Below, piece after piece: positions 59,405 to 64,000 of a stretch of 64,000 nucleotides of DNA. Under the pieces are notes generated by a model. The model saw only the letters and a program-made list of their open reading frames with translations, was not told where the DNA came from and did not search any database. The stretch is from an uncultured Ignavibacteria bacterium (GTDB lineage Bacteria; Bacteroidota; Ignavibacteria; Ignavibacteriales; Ignavibacteriaceae): positions 8,057 through 72,056 of the forward strand of contig CAVRHV010000008.1 in the NCBI GenBank assembly GCA_963721075.1, read 5' to 3'. Made by a program: the position numbers and the translations under genes. The first letter of the stretch is position 1, and the number at the start of each line of letters is the position of its first letter.

Positions 59405-60862
59405 ATGATAGTGGAAAAGACCCGGCTGCTTTTAAAACCAGACCCTGAAAAAGTACTGCTCCGTCCTCTTGAGCCTTCATCCGTAAACCAAAAGATGAAC
59501 ATCATTAATAGATTGCTGAATCTCACTGAACAGGATGTAAAAAATGAGCTGGATAAGATCAACATCGAATTTAAGAACAGGCACAGGAATACAGAGGATT
59601 TCTTTCTGAAACGTTATAACCAGGTCGCTTCTTATTTTCCGGATAAGAAGGAGTTTAGCAGAGAACGGAAACTTCTTGCCGGCGCTATATTTTCAATGGA
59701 ATATTCTCTCGAGTCAGCTGCACTGTTCAATCCTTCAATTGTTTGGGATCCTGATCAGTCGGGACTCCAGGACGGAAGCAGAAGGTATATACTGAGTCTG
59801 CGTGCAGTTGGTGAAGGTCATATATCCTCGATCGTGTTTCGCACAGGGATTATCGACAGTAATAATAAAATAACGGTTGATGATCCTGCCCGTTTTGTTT
59901 CCGCGCCGGTATCAACAGCTAACCCGGTGTATGAAAAGGAATTGTTCATTAGGAAAATAGAGACTCTTAATTTAGGCGGTGAATTTTCTGGAAAGATTCT
60001 CGGGAGTCTTGGGAACACTTTTACGCTCAATGAGCTTGAGATTGCATTTAAACGAATCCTGTCGGATCCGAATTATGCCGGTAAAAATAACGCTGAAGCT
60101 GCCGAAGAAATTTTGTCTTTTAGCCGTTCAGAATATGAAATATTCTACAATGAAGAAATACCTTTAAGTGAAAGGATCATTTTTCCGGGAAGCCCGGCGG
60201 AATCCAACGGGGTAGAAGATGCACGGTTTGTTGGATTTACCGGAGAAGACGGCAGTATATCATTCTATGCTACATATACAGCTTACAACGGGAAGAAGAT
60301 CCAGTCGCAGCTCCTTGAAACAAAAGATTTCCTGCACTTCAGGATAAACAAAATTTTTGGATCTGAGGCCAGGAATAAAGGAATGGCATTATTTCCCCGG
60401 AAAGTAAACGGGAAGTATGTTATGCTTTCGAGACAGGATAATGAGAATAATTACATAATGTATTCAGATGATCTGCTTTTCTGGAACTCAAAAAAGTTAT
60501 TATCCGAACCTGCCTTTACCTGGGAGATGGTGCAGCAGGGAAACTGCGGATCTCCGGTCGAAACGGAAAAAGGGTGGCTGGTGCTGACACACGGGGTGGG
60601 ACCTGTGAGGAAATACTGCATTGGGGCAATGCTGCTTGATATCGATGATCCCGGAAAGGTAATCGGACGGCTTAAAGATCCTCTTATATATGCCGATGAA
60701 AAGGAAAGAGAGGGGTATGTACCTAATGTGGTTTACAGCTGCGGAAGTATTGTAAAAGGCAACGATTTGATCATTCCATATGCAGTATCTGATTATGCGG
60801 GCAGCTTTGCAAAGGTCAGTCTGTCGGCTCTTTTAAATGAATTAACATCTGAAAGAGGTTAA
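59405..60862 (+). CDS. GH130-fold protein with about 190-aa N-terminal extension
   Basis: 'GVEDARFV', 'YATYTAYNG', 'NKGMALFPRKVNGKYVML', 'GWLVLTHGVGPVRKYCIGAMLLDIDDP' and 'YVPNVVYSCG'. Confidence 0.8.
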   Translation: MIVEKTRLLLKPDPEKVLLRPLEPSSVNQKMNIINRLLNLTEQDVKNELDKINIEFKNRHRNTEDFFLKRYNQVASYFPDKKEFSRERKLLAGAIFSMEYSLESAALFNPSIVWDPDQSGLQDGSRRYILSLRAVGEGHISSIVFRTGIIDSNNKITVDDPARFVSAPVSTANPVYEKELFIRKIETLNLGGEFSGKILGSLGNTFTLNELEIAFKRILSDPNYAGKNNAEAAEEILSFSRSEYEIFYNEEIPLSERIIFPGSPAESNGVEDARFVGFTGEDGSISFYATYTAYNGKKIQSQLLETKDFLHFRINKIFGSEARNKGMALFPRKVNGKYVMLSRQDNENNYIMYSDDLLFWNSKKLLSEPAFTWEMVQQGNCGSPVETEKGWLVLTHGVGPVRKYCIGAMLLDIDDPGKVIGRLKDPLIYADEKEREGYVPNVVYSCGSIVKGNDLIIPYAVSDYAGSFAKVSLSALLNELTSERG

Positions 60863-60863
60863 C

Positions 60864-63427
60864 ATGTTAAAGAATTTACTGAAATTTTTATTGCCGGTTT
60901 TTGTGCTTGTACTTGTGAATTCCTCTGCCTGCAGGGGACAGATATCGGACGACAGGCTAAAAGTTGATTATAGCGGAGACGCAAAGATTGAAGTAGGCGG
61001 ACCTTTTGCGGGAATTGAACTTCACCATAGTTCACCCCTTCTTCAGAGGATCAGTTTCTTTTACCCGGTGGCAAATAGTCTTGATGAAAGTACTGATTAC
61101 TGGAAACGCGATACTTCTTTTATTATGCAGCTTGGTCTTAAAGTGGGTAACGGTCCAAAGGAGTTCATAGGTCGGGAACCATTTGAATTTACTTTGACAC
61201 CTTACTCAGTTGTATTTCATAAGGAGGATGACGAGAAAACTGTTAAAGTCTCTTATACCTTTGCGGGTTCAAAACCTGCGATGGTTATTAAATATGAAAT
61301 TATAAATAAAAAAAAGGAAAATACTCCTTTCGAATTCTATACGGATCTTGAGACTGCGTTAAGGACCAGTCATTCATTTAATTTTATTAATAATGCATGG
61401 ACTGAATACGACAGCAGCAATTCTGCAGTCTTCACAAATTTTGATGATCCGCAAACACAGAAAGCACAGATCATTATTATTAATGCAGGTGAAAAACCTG
61501 CCTCCTTCAGTACCGCAAGTTCTCTTACGGGATTAACTAATCCCGGTAATGATTGGATGACCCTGGAAAAATTAGATAATAAATTTATACCCCGGGAGAA
61601 TCAAAGCCGTCCTGCAGCTAAATTCCTTTACCGTAAAACTCTCAAACCCGGTGAAACCATGACTGTTGTGCAGGTCATAGGCATGTGCAGACAGGACGAA
61701 GGAAAAGAACTCGCAGATTATCTTAGTAAGAATTATCAAAAAGAAGTTAATAATTATGAGCAGGCGGTACTGAACAAAGTTTATAAAGGAACGGAACTTA
61801 GATCGGGCGATTCTGTAATAGATAAATCGGTTTCCTGGGCTAAAGCAATTCTCGAGGTAAATACACATTATATAGACGGCGAATTTACCCCGATGCCCTG
61901 TCCGGCCGAGTATAATTTTTACTTTACTCACGACGTACTTAAAACTGATCTGGCCGCGGTGAATTTTGATACTGCAAGGGTTAAAAGGGATCTGGACTTT
62001 ATTATCCGGCATGCTGATGAAGATAAGATCATTCCTCATGCGTATTACTGGAAGGACAGTGCCTTTGTTACCGAGTATGCGGCACATGACAACTGGAATA
62101 ACTTCTGGCTGATTATAGTCTCCGGAACATATCTTCGTCATTCTGGCGACACGACATTTGTAAGGACTCTTTATCCCTATATACAGAAGAGCCTGAAGCA
62201 GGCGCTTATGACCAAAGGTGACGATGACTTGATGTGGTCGAATATGCCTGACTGGTGGGACATAGGCAAGATCTATGGCCAGAGAACATATATGACCGTG
62301 CTGGCCATTAAAGCTATCAGAGAATATAATTTCATTTCTTCGGTTCTGGGAAATAACATTAATCAACTGCCCGAGTATGAATCTATGGCCGACCGAATGC
62401 AGCACCAATTGAATGCAAAGCTCTGGGATGACAGTCTTAAATATCTTATAAATTATTACGAACCTGGCAAAAAAGATACGCACTACTACATTGGTTCACT
62501 TCTGGCAGCACATTACGGTCTGCTGAGTAAAGAGAGGACGGATGAGCTTGTAGAGACTGCGGGTAAAAAGCTGCTCGATGAAAAGGTTGGTATTTATAAT
62601 GTTTTCCCCATGGATTTTGATAAGCTTGGAAGCTACCTGAAGTTTGTCGGGAATGAAGCGGGAGATCCGTTCCTTTATGCCAACGGCGGAATATGGCCTC
62701 ACGGAAATGCCTGGTATGCACTGGCCCTCATGGCTGATGGAAAAAAGGATAAAGCGTATTCATTTATCAGGAACATAATGACAATCGACGGCGTTATGGA
62801 AGGCCCGAACGGACAGCCGGCTATGTACGAAGTCAGGGATGGAAATTACAACGATCCCGCTGCATATGGAACAGTTGATAAGCCGCAGTTCCTCTGGGCC
62901 GCCGGCTGGTATCTTTATTCATTGTACCATCTGTTTGCGGTTCAGGAAAATGAATGGAACATACATCTTGACCCGTATAATCCGGGTGAAACCCCTGTTT
63001 TAATGGATCTCTACACTAGCGGAAGTCTGGCTGAATTAAATGTAACAGGCAGCGGAAAATATTTAAAAAGATACTCTACGACGGGAAAGAATTGCCCACA
63101 GCAGTCATTCCATATAGTGGAAAATTTAAACATATAGCATTAGAGACAGGTGTGCCTTCATCGCCCTACCTTGCAGACTGCCGGTCGCAGCTTGAGTCAG
63201 CCGGGTACGATGCCGGTTCAGGTGTGCTCAACCTGACGCTCAGAAGTTTTCCCGGGCATGCTGATATGGTCACTGTTATAACACCTGCAAAACCTTCCGG
63301 GGTATTTGTTGATGGTCAGCAGTTAATTGAACAGCCTGAGGTAACCGAAAGCGACGGAGTATATAGTATCAGCTTTGGATTCACATTCAAAAATACGGAA
63401 GCAGAAATTAGAATGGAGTTTGAATAA
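60864..63427 (+). pseudogene. (alpha/alpha)6-barrel glycoside hydrolase (GDE_C/GH63-like clan). One base appears missing in the A-run 63065-63069 as assembled
   Basis: 'LYANGGIWPHGNAWYALAL' and 'PQFLWAAGWYLYS'. Frame change from '...VTGSGKYLK' to 'KILYDGKELPTAVIPYSGKF...' (ORF 63092-63427). Confidence 0.75.
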
Positions 63428-63434
63428 TTTTAGA

Positions 63435-64000
63435 ATGAGTAAAAAGTATTACCTGCATGATAATTGGAGTGTTAAAGTTACGAGCAGCCCGCAAGGGGAA
63501 AAGGACTTTCCAGGCAAAAAACTAAAGAACTGGATTCCTGCTGAAGTTCCCGGAACAATCCATACTGACTTGCTGAATGCCGACATTATTGATAATCCTT
63601 TTAAAGAACGGAATGAATTTAATTATAACTGGATAACCAGAAGCGCGTGGACATACAGAACAGAATTTAAATATCCCGAAGGACTCAGCAGAAGTTCTAT
63701 AATAAAATTAGTTTTTGAAGGGCTTGATACTGCCGCAGACATATTCCTCAATCATAAATTAATCGGCCGTACCGAGAATATGTTTGTTAAATATGAATTT
63801 AATGTTGACCAGGTTTTGAATTCAGGCAGAAATGTCCTTGAGTTAAGATTTGAGTCGCCGCTTGAGCTGGCTGTTAAGCGTGAAAAAGAATACGGAAAAC
63901 TCTCGACTGCAAAAGATTCCTTCAGGGTTTATATAAGAAAGGCTCAGTATTCATTCGGGTGGGACTGGGGACCCTCTTATCCAACAACCGGAATCTGGCG
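63435..64000 (+). CDS. GH2 beta-mannosidase, 5' part (runs off the window)
   Basis: 'WSVKV...WIPAEVPGTIHTDLLNADIIDNPFKERNEFNYNWI...WTYRTEF...LVFEGLDTAADIFLNHKLIG...NMF' is the standard N-terminal pattern of bacterial beta-mannosidases. Confidence 0.8.
   Translation, partial: MSKKYYLHDNWSVKVTSSPQGEKDFPGKKLKNWIPAEVPGTIHTDLLNADIIDNPFKERNEFNYNWITRSAWTYRTEFKYPEGLSRSSIIKLVFEGLDTAADIFLNHKLIGRTENMFVKYEFNVDQVLNSGRNVLELRFESPLELAVKREKEYGKLSTAKDSFRVYIRKAQYSFGWDWGPSYPTTGIW

Noticed and set aside
61572-62483. 303-aa ORF on the minus strand inside the (alpha/alpha)6 hydrolase gene. Similar long antisense ORFs lie at 57197-57832, 5410-5799, 26546-27037 and 51052-51450.
   Set aside because: They lie wholly antisense or out of frame to genes with clear family signatures. 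Their low-complexity, Ile/Phe/Arg-rich translations are typical of shadow ORFs. They have no start context or recognisable motifs.

Overview
This is a 64-kb chromosomal fragment, moderately AT-rich by eye (G+C not computed). I infer an FCB-superphylum bacterium of the Ignavibacteria/Melioribacter type. The basis is five proteins ending in the T9SS 'NYPNPFNP(S/T)T' C-terminal sorting domain, use of Shine-Dalgarno sites, a PorV-like gene and many multiheme cytochromes. No rRNA, tRNA, CRISPR array, integrase or prophage was seen.

Layout:
- 1-5.1 kb: OmpA-family envelope proteins and a broken T9SS multiheme cytochrome.
- 5.3-8.7 kb: a small ORF translationally coupled to an SNF2-like ATPase fused to an Mrr-like domain. 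Both catalytic signatures look degenerate.
- 8.7-14 kb: housekeeping genes (phosphoribosyltransferase, erythromycin-esterase family, ppsA).
- 14.3-22.1 kb: a sigma-54 two-component system whose sensor carries a periplasmic CxxCH site. It lies divergent from an operon encoding two tandem nine-heme cytochromes with T9SS sorting domains.
- 22-27.7 kb: nitroreductase and a TetR-EmrA-EmrB-TolC efflux operon.
- 29.6-38.3 kb: a respiratory/redox block with cydAB, nfnA plus a truncated nfnB, and Crp/Fnr-DUF2249-qNOR with a near-perfect FNR-type box.
- 39.3-64 kb: a LacI-controlled glycan (probably beta-mannoside) utilisation locus. It contains an internally duplicated T9SS surface protein, a TonB-dependent receptor, a 1083-aa T9SS protein, a PorV-like gene, an ABC sugar importer, two GH130-fold proteins, an (alpha/alpha)6 hydrolase and a partial GH2 beta-mannosidase.

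The locus is interrupted at 43.96-45.51 kb by a compositionally distinct two-gene HTH cassette flanked by imperfect inverted repeats. This is my best candidate for an undescribed element.

Major caveat: reading by hand I find 13 clear single-base frame breaks plus one possible one, many in homopolymers. Pseudogene calls may therefore be assembly artefacts.
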